From: an uncultured Heliobacteriaceae bacterium
GTDB taxonomy: Bacteria > Acidobacteriota > Blastocatellia > RBC074
Direction of reading: 5' to 3'
NCBI GenBank assembly: GCA_964468345.1
Contig: CAYXVZ010000012.1
Span: forward strand, 10,122-74,121
Length of the DNA stretch: 64,000 nt
Under the pieces are notes generated by a model, which worked only from the letters and a program-made list of their open reading frames with translations, had not been told where the DNA came from and made no database searches. Position 1 is the first letter of the stretch; each line of letters opens with the position of its first letter. Of this stretch, positions 47,185-58,479 are shown piece after piece. A program made the position numbers and the translations under genes.

Positions 47185-48819
47185 TTATCGGGTTGTCGGC
47201 GTGGCGAGAAAACGCGGCACGCCGGTTTCATTCGCAAACGACCAGCCGCTCAGGTACGCCAGCTTCAGAATCTTTTCCATCTTCACGAAATTGATGCGAT
47301 CGACGGTGTCGGTCGGTTGATGGTAGTCCGGATGAAAGCCGGTGAACCACCACATCGCGGGAATGTCGCGCAGCGCAAAGGGGAACTGATCGCTGCGTTG
47401 AAACACATTGAGCGCGGCGTCGTTGTCCCATTTGTAGTTGAGCTTCAGGCCGATGCGGGCGTTCTCGCGTTCGACGACGGCGCGATAATCCGGGCTGTTG
47501 ATGACGCCGATCAGATTCAATTCGTTCGACGTGTCGGCCGCGATCTCGATCAGGCCGTCGGTTTGCGTGCTGGGCGCTTCGTTGCGGCCGATCATATCGA
47601 AGTTGATCACGGCGCGCGTCGTTTCGATCGGCCGCAGCGGATGCGCGACGTAATAATACGATCCGAGCAGGCCGCGCTCTTCCGCGGCAAACGAAGCGAA
47701 GAGCAGCGAACGTTTCGGCTTCGCCGGATTGGCCGCAAAGGCGCGCGCCAGTTCGATGACGCCGACCGTGCCCGAGCCGTTGTCGTCCGCGCCGGGAAAG
47801 ATCTTTCCTTCGCGGATGCCGTCGTGATCATAATGGCTCGAAAAGACGATCGTTTCGTTTTTCAATTGCGGGTCGCTGCCCTCGATCAGACCCAGAACGT
47901 TATGGCTCATTCCGCGGCGATGCTCGGCGTTGACGACGCGAATCTCGACCGAGGTGTCGGCCAGTGCCATCGACTGCGGCTTGAGGCTTGTATCGATTGC
48001 CGTTTGCAGATCGGCGGCCTGTTTGCCGGAGGGCGCGAGCAGTTTCGCCGCGAGCGCATCGCTGATCGTCAGCAAGGGAATCGTGGTTTCGCTGTCGGCC
48101 AGCGCCTGCTGGGCATTTCGCATGACGCGTTCGAGAATGCCGGGCGTGCGCGCGATCCGCTCCTGGCTCGACGGATGCCTGCGATTCGGCTCCGACACGA
48201 CCAGCACGGCCACCGCGCCGTGCTTTTGCGCGTTGAGAACCTTCAGCCGCGAATTCGCATGACGCGAATTGCCGATTCCGTTGAAGACGGATTTCGGATC
48301 GTTCTCCTGAGGCTCGTGCTCGAAGACGAGAACGACTTTCCCCTTTGCGTCCAGGCCCGCATAATCGTCATAGCCGAACTCCGGCGCGGTGACGCCATAA
48401 CCGGCGAAGACCACCGGCGCAGTGACCGTCACTTCCCGCGGAAAGCTGCCGAAGAAATCCTTGATGTAATCGAACCGCTCTTCGCGCCCGCCGCGGCGAA
48501 GCGAGATGCGCATCCCGCGCGGGTCGGCCTTATATTCGATCAGCTCGACTTCCTGCAGATAGGAATCGCCCGCCACCGGCTTCAAGCCTGCCTTGGCGAA
48601 CTCCGCGGCGACGAATTGAATGGCCGCTTCCGATCCGCGTTGCAGCGACATCCGCCCTTCGAGCGCGGGCGAGGCGAGAAAGGTCAGATCGGCCCGCAGG
48701 TTCTTTTCGCGAATGGCATTCAGCCCCGTCGCGGTTTTCGAATCGACGCCGTTCTGCACGATCGTGGCCGCGCCGAGCAATAAAAACAGGCCTTTGATAA
48801 GCAACGTATTCTTTTTCAT
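47185..48819 (-). CDS. M28-family zinc aminopeptidase with PA domain (secreted)
   Basis: Signal peptide MKKNTLLIKGLFLLLGAATIV. M28 metal-binding motifs SHYDHDG, ADDNGSG and EERGLLGS. Confidence 0.75.
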   Translation of the reverse strand: MKKNTLLIKGLFLLLGAATIVQNGVDSKTATGLNAIREKNLRADLTFLASPALEGRMSLQRGSEAAIQFVAAEFAKAGLKPVAGDSYLQEVELIEYKADPRGMRISLRRGGREERFDYIKDFFGSFPREVTVTAPVVFAGYGVTAPEFGYDDYAGLDAKGKVVLVFEHEPQENDPKSVFNGIGNSRHANSRLKVLNAQKHGAVAVLVVSEPNRRHPSSQERIARTPGILERVMRNAQQALADSETTIPLLTISDALAAKLLAPSGKQAADLQTAIDTSLKPQSMALADTSVEIRVVNAEHRRGMSHNVLGLIEGSDPQLKNETIVFSSHYDHDGIREGKIFPGADDNGSGTVGVIELARAFAANPAKPKRSLLFASFAAEERGLLGSYYYVAHPLRPIETTRAVINFDMIGRNEAPSTQTDGLIEIAADTSNELNLIGVINSPDYRAVVERENARIGLKLNYKWDNDAALNVFQRSDQFPFALRDIPAMWWFTGFHPDYHQPTDTVDRINFVKMEKILKLAYLSGWSFANETGVPRFLATPTTR

Positions 48820-48836
48820 GGACCCTCCGCGAAAGA

Positions 48837-49175
48837 TCAATCGCCCAGCCGTTTGGTCTCGGCGCGTTCAATGATGATGGCCATCGGCATCTCGCCCGTC
48901 TCCGCGGCTTTCGGGCAATGACGAAGCCCTTTCGGAATCACGATGCCTTCGCCTGCCTTCAGGATGTGATCGCCCGCTTCCGTTTGAAAGTTGATCTCGC
49001 CGCTCAGGACAACGAAGCATTCGTCTTCATTGTCGTGCGCGTGCCAGCGTTCGAACTCTCCCTGAAACTTCACGAGACGAATCGCGAAATCATCTACATT
49101 GGCCAGATTGACCGGCGCATAGGCCTTCGTAATCTGGTCGCCGGTTTGCGGAATCGAAAATGTTTTGACTTCCAT
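48837..49175 (-). CDS. cupin domain protein
   Basis: Small beta-barrel with the cupin His pattern (WHAHDNEDECFVVLSGE ... GLRHCP). Confidence 0.55.
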   Translation of the reverse strand: MEVKTFSIPQTGDQITKAYAPVNLANVDDFAIRLVKFQGEFERWHAHDNEDECFVVLSGEINFQTEAGDHILKAGEGIVIPKGLRHCPKAAETGEMPMAIIIERAETKRLGD

Positions 49176-49225
49176 CCTTCCTCCTCAGGCGCATCGTTTT
49201 TCGAATGGGTATTCAGGTACAGTAA

Positions 49226-49320
49226 AAATTCAACACAAAGGTTCAAAGACTCAAGGGGTCAAAGATCCCCTTTGCAGATCGGCCTTCGAACCTTTGATCC
49301 TTTGAACATTTGTGTTGAAA
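49226..49320. repeat. intergenic hairpin (CAACACAAAGGTTCAAAGACTCAAGGGGTCAAAGATCCCCTTTGCAGATCGGCCTTCGAACCTTTGATCCTTTGAACATTTGTGTTG)
   Basis: Long imperfect palindrome between the cupin start and the amidohydrolase stop. Confidence 0.5.
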
Positions 49321-49349
49321 AAAATTATTCATATAGAAACAGTGGACAT

Positions 49350-50624
49350 CTATTTCTTCACGATTGCCCCGCCCTTCATTACCCACTTCACGCGTTCGAG
49401 TTCCGTGACGTCTTTGGTCGGATCGCCGTCGACGGCGATCAGGTCCGCGAACTTGCCGGATTCGATGGCGCCGATGCTCTCTTCGAGGCCGAGCAGTTTG
49501 GACGCGTGGACCGTCGCGGTCTGGATTGCCTGAACCGGCGTCATCCCCAGTTTGACGTAAACCGCGAATTCGCGGGCATTCAATCCATGCGGATAGACGG
49601 CCGCATCGGTGCCGAAGACGACGGGAACGCCCATTTTAAAGGCCGCGCCGATGTTCTTTCGCATTTCCGGCATGACGACTTTGGCCTTTGCCACCAGCGG
49701 CGCCGGCACACGCAGTTTTTCGTAGTTCTCCATAAACCAGTCGGTCAGGTAGAGCGTGGGCACGAGATAGGTGCCGCGCGCTTTCATCATCTTCACGGCC
49801 TCTTCGTCGATGTAGGTGCCATGCTCGATCGAATCGACGCCCGCCTGCACGGCGTACTTGATGCCGTCGCCGCCGTGCGCGTGCGCGGCGACTTTGCGGC
49901 CCGCGCGATGGGCTTCCTCGACGATGGTCTTCATCTCTTCGAGCGTATACTGCGCGGCCTTCGGATCGTCGCCATAAGAGAGCACGCCGCCCGTCGAACA
50001 GATCTTGATCACATTTGCGCCGTACTTGATCACTTCGCGCGTTTTCTGCATCACGCCCGGCACGCCGTCGGCGACGCCGTCCGCCTTGTGATGAAACTCG
50101 AACGGCAACAGGTTCTCATCGCAATGGCCGCCCGTGATGCCCAGGCTCGGCCCCGAGGCGACGATGCGCGGGCCGGGCACATCGCCGGCATCGATTGCAT
50201 CGCGCAGGGCGATGTCGGCATATCCGCGCGCGCCTACATTGCGCACGGTCGTGAAGCCGGCATCGAGCGTCATCCGCGCATTGCGCGCGCCGACCAGCGC
50301 TTCGCGCGGAATCGAAATCGCCATTGAATTGATTGTCGCCAGATCGAAGGTCAGGTGCGTGTGGCTGTCGATCAGGCCCGGCAATAGCGTTTTGGCTCCC
50401 AGGTCGATGACCTCCGCGCCCGCGGGAATCATGGCATTCGCGCCCGCCGCAACGATGCGCCCGTTTTCGATCACGACGACGGCATTCGAAATCAACGATC
50501 CGGTTTTGACATCCAGCATCCGGGCCGCTTTAACGGCCACCGCTCGCTGTTGGGATTGCGCCGGTTGCGGGACGGATGAAAGCGACGCGAGAGCGAGAAC
50601 GAGCAAGAGAAGGACAACGCGCAT
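49350..50624 (-). CDS. secreted metal-dependent amidohydrolase (imidazolonepropionase/Xaa-Pro dipeptidase-like)
   Basis: Start at [15 protein letters not shown] (signal peptide). Amidohydrolase motif GLIDSHTHL, conserved HAHGG, and the C-terminal D of the metal site. The ORF continuation upstream through repeat A3 is rejected. Confidence 0.75.
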   Translation of the reverse strand: MRVVLLLLVLALASLSSVPQPAQSQQRAVAVKAARMLDVKTGSLISNAVVVIENGRIVAAGANAMIPAGAEVIDLGAKTLLPGLIDSHTHLTFDLATINSMAISIPREALVGARNARMTLDAGFTTVRNVGARGYADIALRDAIDAGDVPGPRIVASGPSLGITGGHCDENLLPFEFHHKADGVADGVPGVMQKTREVIKYGANVIKICSTGGVLSYGDDPKAAQYTLEEMKTIVEEAHRAGRKVAAHAHGGDGIKYAVQAGVDSIEHGTYIDEEAVKMMKARGTYLVPTLYLTDWFMENYEKLRVPAPLVAKAKVVMPEMRKNIGAAFKMGVPVVFGTDAAVYPHGLNAREFAVYVKLGMTPVQAIQTATVHASKLLGLEESIGAIESGKFADLIAVDGDPTKDVTELERVKWVMKGGAIVKK

Positions 50625-50692
50625 AGAAGGGTTCCTTTGCGAATGAGGCATTGACGATCGTTTGGGCCAACGTGGCAACAAGCGAAAGAAGA

Positions 50693-50866
50693 ATTCACCA
50701 CGAAGAAACGAAGAGCACGAAGAAAGATGGAAAAAAAGAGGCCGAGAAAGGGATGGAAAGAATTGACAGATCCGGCGGTAAATTTCTCTCCGTCTCTCTA
50801 TCTCTTCATCTTTCTTCGTGCTCTTCGTTTCTTCGTGGTGAAAACATTTCTTTGAATTCCAGACCA
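50693..50866. repeat. family A hairpin element, copy 3 (longest copy, about 170 bp)
   Basis: GAATTCACCACGAAGAAACGAAGAGCACGAAG ... CTTCGTGCTCTTCGTTTCTTCGTGGTGAAAACATTTCTTTGAATTC. It is flanked by GAATTC on both sides. Confidence 0.75.
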
Positions 50867-51013
50867 CGCGCCGAAACGGCGATCAACACCGCGAATGATT
50901 CCATACTACGGGAAATTTCCTGAGAATTTCGGTGGGCGGATCATACGGCGCATCGGGCTTGCGAGTCCAGACGTGGTATACTGCGGAAAATTTTTCAGCA
51001 ATGCTCAGGGCAA

Positions 51014-51460
51014 GTGGTCACAACAATGAAGCTCTATTTTTACCAGGCAAACTTTTGCGCCGAGTGCGGGAACGAGATGAAACCGCGCGCCAGTTGGGGA
51101 CCGCGCTATTTTTGCGACGACTGTTCGCGGCAGATGGCCCCCACGCATCCCGTGAAATGGCTGCTGGCGGTGGTTCTCGGCTCGACGCTGCTGGTCTCCG
51201 CGTTGCATCGAAGCGACCGCGGGCCTTCCGTCGCGATGAATGCCAGCGTTTCCGCCACCGATGCCACGGCGCGCCGCGAACCGATCGTCCCTTCCGCAAT
51301 TCCTTCTCCCGCCGCCGAGCCCACGATTTGCGGGGCGCGCACGAAAAAAGGAACCCCCTGCAAACATCGCACCTCCCCGGGCGAACGCTGCGCGCAACAT
51401 CGCGGCATGGCTTCCATGCTTGAACCTGCCATGAATGCCAAAGACGCAAAACAGCGCTGA
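51014..51460 (+). CDS. hypothetical protein with N-terminal zinc-ribbon (CAECG ... CDDC)
   Basis: Four-cysteine ribbon. Weak support. Confidence 0.35.
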   Translation: MVTTMKLYFYQANFCAECGNEMKPRASWGPRYFCDDCSRQMAPTHPVKWLLAVVLGSTLLVSALHRSDRGPSVAMNASVSATDATARREPIVPSAIPSPAAEPTICGARTKKGTPCKHRTSPGERCAQHRGMASMLEPAMNAKDAKQR

Positions 51461-51651
51461 ATCCGGTCATATATGCGCTGTTTCTTAAAAAAACAAATCT
51501 TTACACTTTTTCCGACCAAAGCGCGTTTGCCTGCCTCTTATCGCGTGTAAGACAGCAAGGCCCTCTTTGCTGGGAATAAACAGACCCGCATTTTGCGGGC
51601 AATGGAATCAAACCGACCCGATGCGGTTTGGTGAGGATAAGGAAGGTATAT

Positions 51652-51972
51652 ATGAAAAAGCTTTATACGATTTTGACCTTTGTGATGTTGGCCACCGTTC
51701 TGTCCGCCAGCGCGCTGGCGCAGAACAGCCGCGGCATCGACCGCCGGCAGCATGAACAGCGGGAGCGCATCCAGCAGGGCGTTCGCTCCGGCGAACTGAC
51801 CCGACGGGAAGCGAACCGGCTGCGCTTTGATCAGTTTCAGATCCGCCGCCAGGAACGCCGCGCGGAAGCCGATGGCGTGCTGACGGCCCGGGAGCGTTTC
51901 CGCATCAATCGCAATCTCAATGAATCCAGCCGGGATATCCGTCGTCTGAAAAACAATCGCCGCGATCGCTAG
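51652..51972 (+). CDS. small secreted protein, Spy/CpxP-like (LTxxE/Q repeat), paralog 1
   Basis: Signal peptide MKKLYTILTFVMLATVLSASALA. Motif IQQGVRSGELTRREANRL...VLTARERFRI. Confidence 0.45.
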   Translation: MKKLYTILTFVMLATVLSASALAQNSRGIDRRQHEQRERIQQGVRSGELTRREANRLRFDQFQIRRQERRAEADGVLTARERFRINRNLNESSRDIRRLKNNRRDR

Positions 51973-52178
51973 GAGAACGCTCCCTGATTGATTGTCTGTA
52001 GGAATCGGGGCTGTACCAGCTTTGTGTCAGCCCCGATTCCGATGAAACCGACGGTCAATTATTTTCGACCATCCTCCATCTCACGCGCTCTCAAGGGGCG
52101 TACAATGCGCGTGGCCTCGCTCGTGTGGCACTGTGAATGAACTTTTTATTCTTTGCTTTGAAGGAGCTAACCAACACC

Positions 52179-52514
52179 ATGAAAAAAACAATTTCTCTTC
52201 TGTCTGTGATTACCTTTTCGCTTCTGCTGTCGATGGTTTCGTTCGCGCAGGACGGATCCAATAAGACCCCGGGTGTCCGCAATCGTCAGGGGAATCAGCA
52301 GCGCCGCATCCGGCAGGGCGTTCGCTCCGGCGAACTGACCAAGAGCGAAGCCATTCGCCTCGAAAAGGAACAGAAAGAGATTCAGCAGGAGAAGAAAGAA
52401 GCCAAGGCCGACGGCGTCGTCACCGCGGAAGAGCGCAAGGATATTCATCAGGAACAAAATCAGGCCAGCCGCCGCATCTATCGCAAGAAGCACAATAGCC
52501 GGGATCGGAAGTAA
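52179..52514 (+). CDS. small secreted protein, Spy/CpxP-like, paralog 2
   Basis: Signal peptide MKKTISLLSVITFSLLLSMVSFA. Motif IRQGVRSGELTKSEAIRL...VVTAEERKDI, shared with paralog 1. Confidence 0.45.
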   Translation: MKKTISLLSVITFSLLLSMVSFAQDGSNKTPGVRNRQGNQQRRIRQGVRSGELTKSEAIRLEKEQKEIQQEKKEAKADGVVTAEERKDIHQEQNQASRRIYRKKHNSRDRK

Positions 52515-52716
52515 TGCAGAAGGGGCGAGAGGTGAGGGGCGAGGGGCGAGCATTTTCGCCATCAGATCTCACGCTCGCCACGTTGCAGGGAAGAACAAGT
52601 TGATTGCTTTGCCGGGATCATCCCCCAAGCGCCGCGCGAACCACTCTTCGCGCGGCGTTCTTGTTTCTTGACGCAACCTGAGAGCGTCCACTATCATCAA
52701 TTGCGTTTTAACCGAA

Positions 52717-53409
<693 letters not shown>

Positions 53410-53410
53410 A

Positions 53411-53592
53411 AATGCAGGAGGCAGGAATGGGAAGGAAGCAGGAGGCAGCGGCAGTAGGCAGTACTTTTGCCGAGTTATAACTGATATTGAATCGACTTTA
53501 AGAAAATTGCGATCCTGGCTTGGACCCTGCCTACTGCTGCTGCCTCCTGCTTCCTTCCTATTCCAGCCGCTGCCTCCTGCTTCCTTCCTATA
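53411..53592. repeat. inverted repeat GCAGGAGGCAGGAATGGGAAGGAAGCAGGAGGCAGCGGCAGTAGGCAG ... CTGCCTACTGCTGCTGCCTCCTGCTTCCTTCC immediately 3' of the tRNA
   Basis: About 48-nt arms around a loop of about 75 nt. It reaches the stop of the beta-CASP gene. Confidence 0.55.
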
Positions 53593-54979
53593 ACTCATAC
53601 TTCTGCAAATACTCCGGGATTTCCACCTTCCAGCCGAATTTCTCGACAATCTTATCGCGCATGCTTTCGGCGGCGTCCATTTCGCCGTGAACGAGAAAGA
53701 CGCATTCCGGCGCGCGTTTGAAGCCGCCGAGCCATTGCAGGATTTCGCGGTTGTCCGCATGGGCCGAGAGGTTTTGCAGCGTTTCGATGTGCGCGTTGAC
53801 AGGAATCATTTCGCCGAAGATTTTGATTTCCTTTTCGCCGTCGACCAGGCGGCGGCCGCGCGTGCCTTCGGCCTGAAAGCCGACAAAGATGATGGTGTTG
53901 CGCTCATCGGGCAGGCGGCGGCGCAGATGATGCAGAATGCGGCCGCCGGTGGCCATGCCGCTGGCGGAGATAACGATCGAAGACTCTTCCTGTGCCGAAA
54001 CATTCTTTGAATCCTGGATCGACTTGGCCAGATTGAATCGCCGCGTGGCCAGCGGATTCAATCGTTCGTCGAGCAGGTCTTTCATCGCGATGTCATGGTC
54101 CTCCTTGTGCCGCAGATAGAGCTTGGTCGCGCTGACGGCCATCGGGCTGTCGACGAAAACGGACAGGACGGGAATGCGCTCCTCGTTTTCGAGTTCGCGG
54201 ATGAGATAGAGCAATTGCTGCGTGCGCCCGACCGCAAAGGCCGGAATCAATACGTGGCCCTTGCGCTCCGCGGTTTGATTGATGATTTCCGCAAGGCGCG
54301 CCTTGACGTCATAATCGGGATGCTCCCGATTGCCATAGGTCGATTCGATGACCAGATAGTCGGCTTCTTCCACAGCTTCCGGGTCATTGATGATGGGTTC
54401 GTTATACCGGCCGATATCGCCCGTCAGGACGAGCTTTTTGCGCGATCCGTCGCTGCACTCGACTTCGAGTTTGACGAAACTCGATCCCAGGATGTGACCG
54501 GCCGTGACGAATTCAAAGCCGATCTTGGGCGTCAGCTCCACGTGCCGGTGATAGGCGACCGGGCGAAGCTTTCGCAAGGAATGGTTCGCGTCTTTTTCCG
54601 AATACAGCGGCAGGGCCGGACTGTGTTTGCTTTTGCCGGTTTTGTTGAAATACGAGGCGTCTTCTTCCTGCAATCGCGCGGAGTCGGGCAGCATAATGCG
54701 CGCCAGTTCGACCGTCGCGGGCGTTGCATAGACCGATCCGTCGAATCCGTCCCGCACCAGTCGCGGCAGATAGCCCGTATGATCGATGTGCGCGTGCGTC
54801 AGAATCACGGCGTTGATCGATGCCGGCGTAATTGGAAACGGCTCCCAATTGCGCAATCGCAATTCCTTCAAACCCTGAAACAATCCGCAATCCACCAGGA
54901 CGCGGTAGCCGCCGGCCTCGATCATATGCTTCGATCCGGTCACGGTTCGCGTCGCCCCCAAGAATTGTATGTACGCCAT
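53588..54979 (-). CDS. MBL-fold metallo-hydrolase with beta-CASP RNA-metabolising domain (RNase J/CPSF-like ribonuclease)
   Basis: HAHIDHTG (HxHxDH) followed by beta-CASP motifs. 463 aa. Confidence 0.8.
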   Translation of the reverse strand: MAYIQFLGATRTVTGSKHMIEAGGYRVLVDCGLFQGLKELRLRNWEPFPITPASINAVILTHAHIDHTGYLPRLVRDGFDGSVYATPATVELARIMLPDSARLQEEDASYFNKTGKSKHSPALPLYSEKDANHSLRKLRPVAYHRHVELTPKIGFEFVTAGHILGSSFVKLEVECSDGSRKKLVLTGDIGRYNEPIINDPEAVEEADYLVIESTYGNREHPDYDVKARLAEIINQTAERKGHVLIPAFAVGRTQQLLYLIRELENEERIPVLSVFVDSPMAVSATKLYLRHKEDHDIAMKDLLDERLNPLATRRFNLAKSIQDSKNVSAQEESSIVISASGMATGGRILHHLRRRLPDERNTIIFVGFQAEGTRGRRLVDGEKEIKIFGEMIPVNAHIETLQNLSAHADNREILQWLGGFKRAPECVFLVHGEMDAAESMRDKIVEKFGWKVEIPEYLQKYEL

Positions 54980-55009
54980 TGATGGTCTCCTGTTTTTCCG
55001 AGCGTGCGT

Positions 55010-55203
55010 CCCGGGGGCGCAGGCATCCCTGCCTGCCCCGGGGTCGCGGGCATCCTTGCCCGCGCGTCATTTTTCGTTAGTTTGCAGTAGAAAGGGGAAT
55101 TCAACAACTCAATTGCATTGCCGGAGCCAGGCACGCGTTTCCGAACTCGTTGACCTGCGGGCAAGGATGCCCGCGACCCCGGGGCAGGCAGGGATGCGCT
55201 CCC
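55010..55203. repeat. large GC-rich inverted repeat (arms of about 47 nt, spacer of about 93 nt)
   Basis: GGGGGCGCAGGCATCCCTGCCTGCCCCGGGGTCGCGGGCATCCTTGCCCGC pairs with GCGGGCAAGGATGCCCGCGACCCCGGGGCAGGCAGGGATGCGCTCCC. Confidence 0.6.
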
Positions 55204-55266
55204 AATAAAAAAGCGGAGGCTGTTTTGCAGCCTCCGCCAGAAAGTCGCGATTGTATGTTGATTGAT

Positions 55267-58200
55267 TTAGAACTGGAACCGCGCGCCCAGTTGCACCTGG
55301 AAGGGCACGCCCGGGTTGTTGGTGATGATGGTGTTTCCGCTGGCATCTTTCAGCTTGCGGAAGTTTGGATTGGTCGGCAGTCCGAAGCCGCAACCAACGG
55401 CAGAGGGGGTGCAATACGTGGTCTGCGGTCCCGCATAGGTCGAGTTTTCAAAATTGAACAGATTGAAGAACTCGGCGGAGATCGTCAGGCCGCGCTTTTC
55501 GCCCAGGCCAAAGCGCTTCTGAACGCGGGTATCCACGTTATAGAAGGGCAGGTTGCGGAACGCATTGCGCTTGTAAGGAACGCCGAACGACGCATAGGGA
55601 CGATCGTTGTTCACGCCGTCGCCGTTTCGATCCGAACCCACCGTCGCGTTGAGCGGGCGGCCCGAATTCAGGCGAACGTTGCCGGCGACTTCAAACCCGA
55701 AGGGCATGAAGAACACGCTGTTGAGCAGGAACTGATGCCGCTGATCGAGAATGGAGTAATTGAATTCCGGCGCCAGATCGAAGGTGTTCATATACTGCAC
55801 GCCGCCGGCGTCGCGTTCATTATCGTCGTCGGATTTGTTTTCCGCGAGGGTATAGAACATGCCGAACTGTCCCCAGCTCCGGCGCAGGTTGGCGCGAACT
55901 GTGAAGGCCGTGTAACGAGCTTTCGCGGTCGATTCACGCAGCTGGAAACTGCCGAAGGCGATGCCGCTCTGGATATTCAGCGGGCGGTTGTTCACGCCGA
56001 TGATGGGACGGCCTTCCGCGTCGATGCTGCTCGGCGCGGCCAGGTTCAGTTCGCGGTTGCGCTGCAGGCGCGAGGTGTTGACCTTGCGGAAATCCGCGCC
56101 GAGGCTCAGGCCGCGGGCGAATTCACGCTCGATGCCCACGCCATACTGCAGCGAGCGCGGGTTGCGATAGTCGTTGGCGAATGCGATCGGCGCAAGGCCG
56201 TTCGGAACCGCCGAGTTGAAGGGCAGGCCCAGGCGCTGCGCGATCGTGCCGATCTCCGTCAGCGTCAGTGGACGCAGGTTGCTCAGATTCGGCACGAAGC
56301 CGATCAGGCCGAGCTGTTCAAACAGGCTGTCGCAGGCCGTGATACTCGGACAGGAGGCCGTCGGAACGAAGGTCGCCGAAACGAGCGGGAACGGCAGGTT
56401 CACCGAAAGATCGCCGGCCGGCGAACGGAAGTTATTGTACGGACCCGCGAAGAGCAGGGCCGGCGTGCGGGCATAATACATTCCCGCATCGGCGCGAATG
56501 ACGGTCTTGCCGCTGTTCTTCGGATCCCAGGCGAAACCGAGACGCGGCGCCACCTGACCCGTGAAGTCCGGGAAAAAGGTCGGATCGACGCCGCGGCCGT
56601 TGCCGATGCGCGATCTGAATTGTCGGACGATGTTCACCAGCGCGGTGTTCGAGGCATCCGGCTGGGGATTGAACTGCGATTCCCAGCGGACGCCATAATT
56701 CAGCGTGAAGTTCGGTTTGATGCGCCATGCATCCTGCGCGAACAGCGCGAATTCATCGCCGCTGAATGAAGCTTTCAGGTTGCCGATCTGCTGCGCAAGC
56801 GTCGCCTGATTGGCCGCAAGATTGAAAGGCCGTCCCGCCGCGCCGCCCGAAAGCGCATCGAGCACCTGCGCGACGCCCGCCGCCGTCGCGGTGTTGACGC
56901 CGCCAATGGCGTAGGTGCCGAACTGGTTGAAGCCGAAGACCTGGTCGACGAAGGTGTGATTCCACTCCGCGCCGAACTTGGTCGTGTGATTGCCCAGGAT
57001 CCAGGTCAGGTTTTCCGACACCTGGAAGCGCCAGTCGGACTGCGTCGTGGGCAGGAAGTTGCGAGCGCCGATGCTGCCGATCGCGCTGTTGACGTTCGGA
57101 TTGGTCGAGTTCGCCGTGCGCGGACGCTCTTCGCGCGAATACTGCGCGCGAAGCTCGTTCGAGAGTGTCGGGCCGAAGAAGTTGTTGAACTGGCCCGCGA
57201 TGGTATTGGTGTTGTTCTTTTCCGTGCCGTTGTTGCTCAGCGCGCGGTTGGTTGTGGGATCCGGCGCGCCGCCGGTCGCGTTGGCATTGACGCCCTCGTT
57301 CCGGCTGTAGTTGTAACGGACGTTGAAACGGCCGCCGCCGCTGAACTGATAATCATAGCGGCCCAGGAGGGCAATCGCATCATTCGTTTCCTGATAGGGA
57401 ACCTCGAGCTGCCGGAAGGAATCGAACAGCGCGCGCGAAGGAGCGCTCAGCGCGTTGAAGGTCGCCGTATCACTCTGCAGCAGGTTGAGCAGCGTGAAGA
57501 CCACGTTGCGGTCCTGCCGGATTCGCTGTTGCTCGTACGATCCGAAGAAAAAGCTCTTGTCCTTGGTGATCGGGCCGCCCACCGAACCGCCCCACTGTTG
57601 CTGCGTCGGCGCGCCCGGGATCTCGCGGTTTCGCGCCCTGGCGATCGCGGACAGAATCTCGTTGCTGCGCGAAAGCTGTTCCGGACGATGCAGGTAAAAG
57701 GCCGAACCGTGAAATTCGTTCGTTCCCGACTTGGTGATGGCGTTGACGATGCCGCCCGTCGAACGACCGAATTCGGCCGAATAGCCGGCCGCGACGACCT
57801 GGAATTCCTGAATGGATTCCTGCGGAATCGTGTAGCCGTTGTTCGAACGCTCGCCGCCGCGGATGCCGCCGAAAAAGGGCTGGTTATAGTCCGCGCCGTC
57901 GATCTGAATGTTGGAGTTGATGCCGCGCTGGCCCGAGAGTGAAATCTGTCCGCGGGTCGCATTGTCGACGATTGCCGTCGGCGTCAACTGCACGAAGTCC
58001 TGGAACCGGCGTCCGTTGATGGGCAGGTTCTCGATCGACTTCTGGTTGAACAGCGCGTCCGGCTGAATCGCCGTGGTCTGCAGCGTGTCGGCCGAAATCG
58101 TCACGGATTCCGAAACGCCGCCCACGCCCATCGTGACGTTCAAGTCGGTGACCTGTCCGACCGTGACCGGAACGTCCTTGATCTCGGTCTGCTTGAAGCC

Positions 58201-58479
58201 GGAGCTATCGGCCGTCACGGTATAAACGCCCGGCGGCAAGAGAACAAAGCGATAAAGCCCCTCTTCGCTGCTGGTCGCCGTCTGCGAAAAGCCTGTCTGG
58301 GTGTTGGTGGCTTTGACCGTTGCGTTCGGCACGGCCGCGCCGCTGCTGTCTTTTACGGAACCGGTGATCTGTCCCGTGGTCGCCTGTGCCTGCGCAAAGG
58401 CCTTATTGGCGCTCAACGTCAGCGCAAAGCCAAGCAACAGACAGGCGCTGACTATTCGAACCAAGATGGATCTAGACAT
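55267..58479 (-). CDS. TonB-dependent outer-membrane receptor with N-terminal carboxypeptidase-regulatory-like domain (1070 aa)
   Basis: Signal peptide, CarboxypepD_reg-like N-terminus (GQITGSVKDSSGAAVPNATVKATN), plug and barrel regions, and a C-terminal aromatic residue (...LGARFQF). Confidence 0.8.
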   Translation of the reverse strand: MSRSILVRIVSACLLLGFALTLSANKAFAQAQATTGQITGSVKDSSGAAVPNATVKATNTQTGFSQTATSSEEGLYRFVLLPPGVYTVTADSSGFKQTEIKDVPVTVGQVTDLNVTMGVGGVSESVTISADTLQTTAIQPDALFNQKSIENLPINGRRFQDFVQLTPTAIVDNATRGQISLSGQRGINSNIQIDGADYNQPFFGGIRGGERSNNGYTIPQESIQEFQVVAAGYSAEFGRSTGGIVNAITKSGTNEFHGSAFYLHRPEQLSRSNEILSAIARARNREIPGAPTQQQWGGSVGGPITKDKSFFFGSYEQQRIRQDRNVVFTLLNLLQSDTATFNALSAPSRALFDSFRQLEVPYQETNDAIALLGRYDYQFSGGGRFNVRYNYSRNEGVNANATGGAPDPTTNRALSNNGTEKNNTNTIAGQFNNFFGPTLSNELRAQYSREERPRTANSTNPNVNSAIGSIGARNFLPTTQSDWRFQVSENLTWILGNHTTKFGAEWNHTFVDQVFGFNQFGTYAIGGVNTATAAGVAQVLDALSGGAAGRPFNLAANQATLAQQIGNLKASFSGDEFALFAQDAWRIKPNFTLNYGVRWESQFNPQPDASNTALVNIVRQFRSRIGNGRGVDPTFFPDFTGQVAPRLGFAWDPKNSGKTVIRADAGMYYARTPALLFAGPYNNFRSPAGDLSVNLPFPLVSATFVPTASCPSITACDSLFEQLGLIGFVPNLSNLRPLTLTEIGTIAQRLGLPFNSAVPNGLAPIAFANDYRNPRSLQYGVGIEREFARGLSLGADFRKVNTSRLQRNRELNLAAPSSIDAEGRPIIGVNNRPLNIQSGIAFGSFQLRESTAKARYTAFTVRANLRRSWGQFGMFYTLAENKSDDDNERDAGGVQYMNTFDLAPEFNYSILDQRHQFLLNSVFFMPFGFEVAGNVRLNSGRPLNATVGSDRNGDGVNNDRPYASFGVPYKRNAFRNLPFYNVDTRVQKRFGLGEKRGLTISAEFFNLFNFENSTYAGPQTTYCTPSAVGCGFGLPTNPNFRKLKDASGNTIITNNPGVPFQVQLGARFQF

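Noticed and set aside
50624-50867. N-terminal ORF extensions that read through hairpin repeats (for example 49350..50867, 30967..32442, 18641..21298, 17955..18836, 50651..50923)
   Set aside because: The extensions encode repeat-derived peptides ([20 protein letters not shown]). The real starts are at downstream Mets that yield signal peptides or canonical N-termini.
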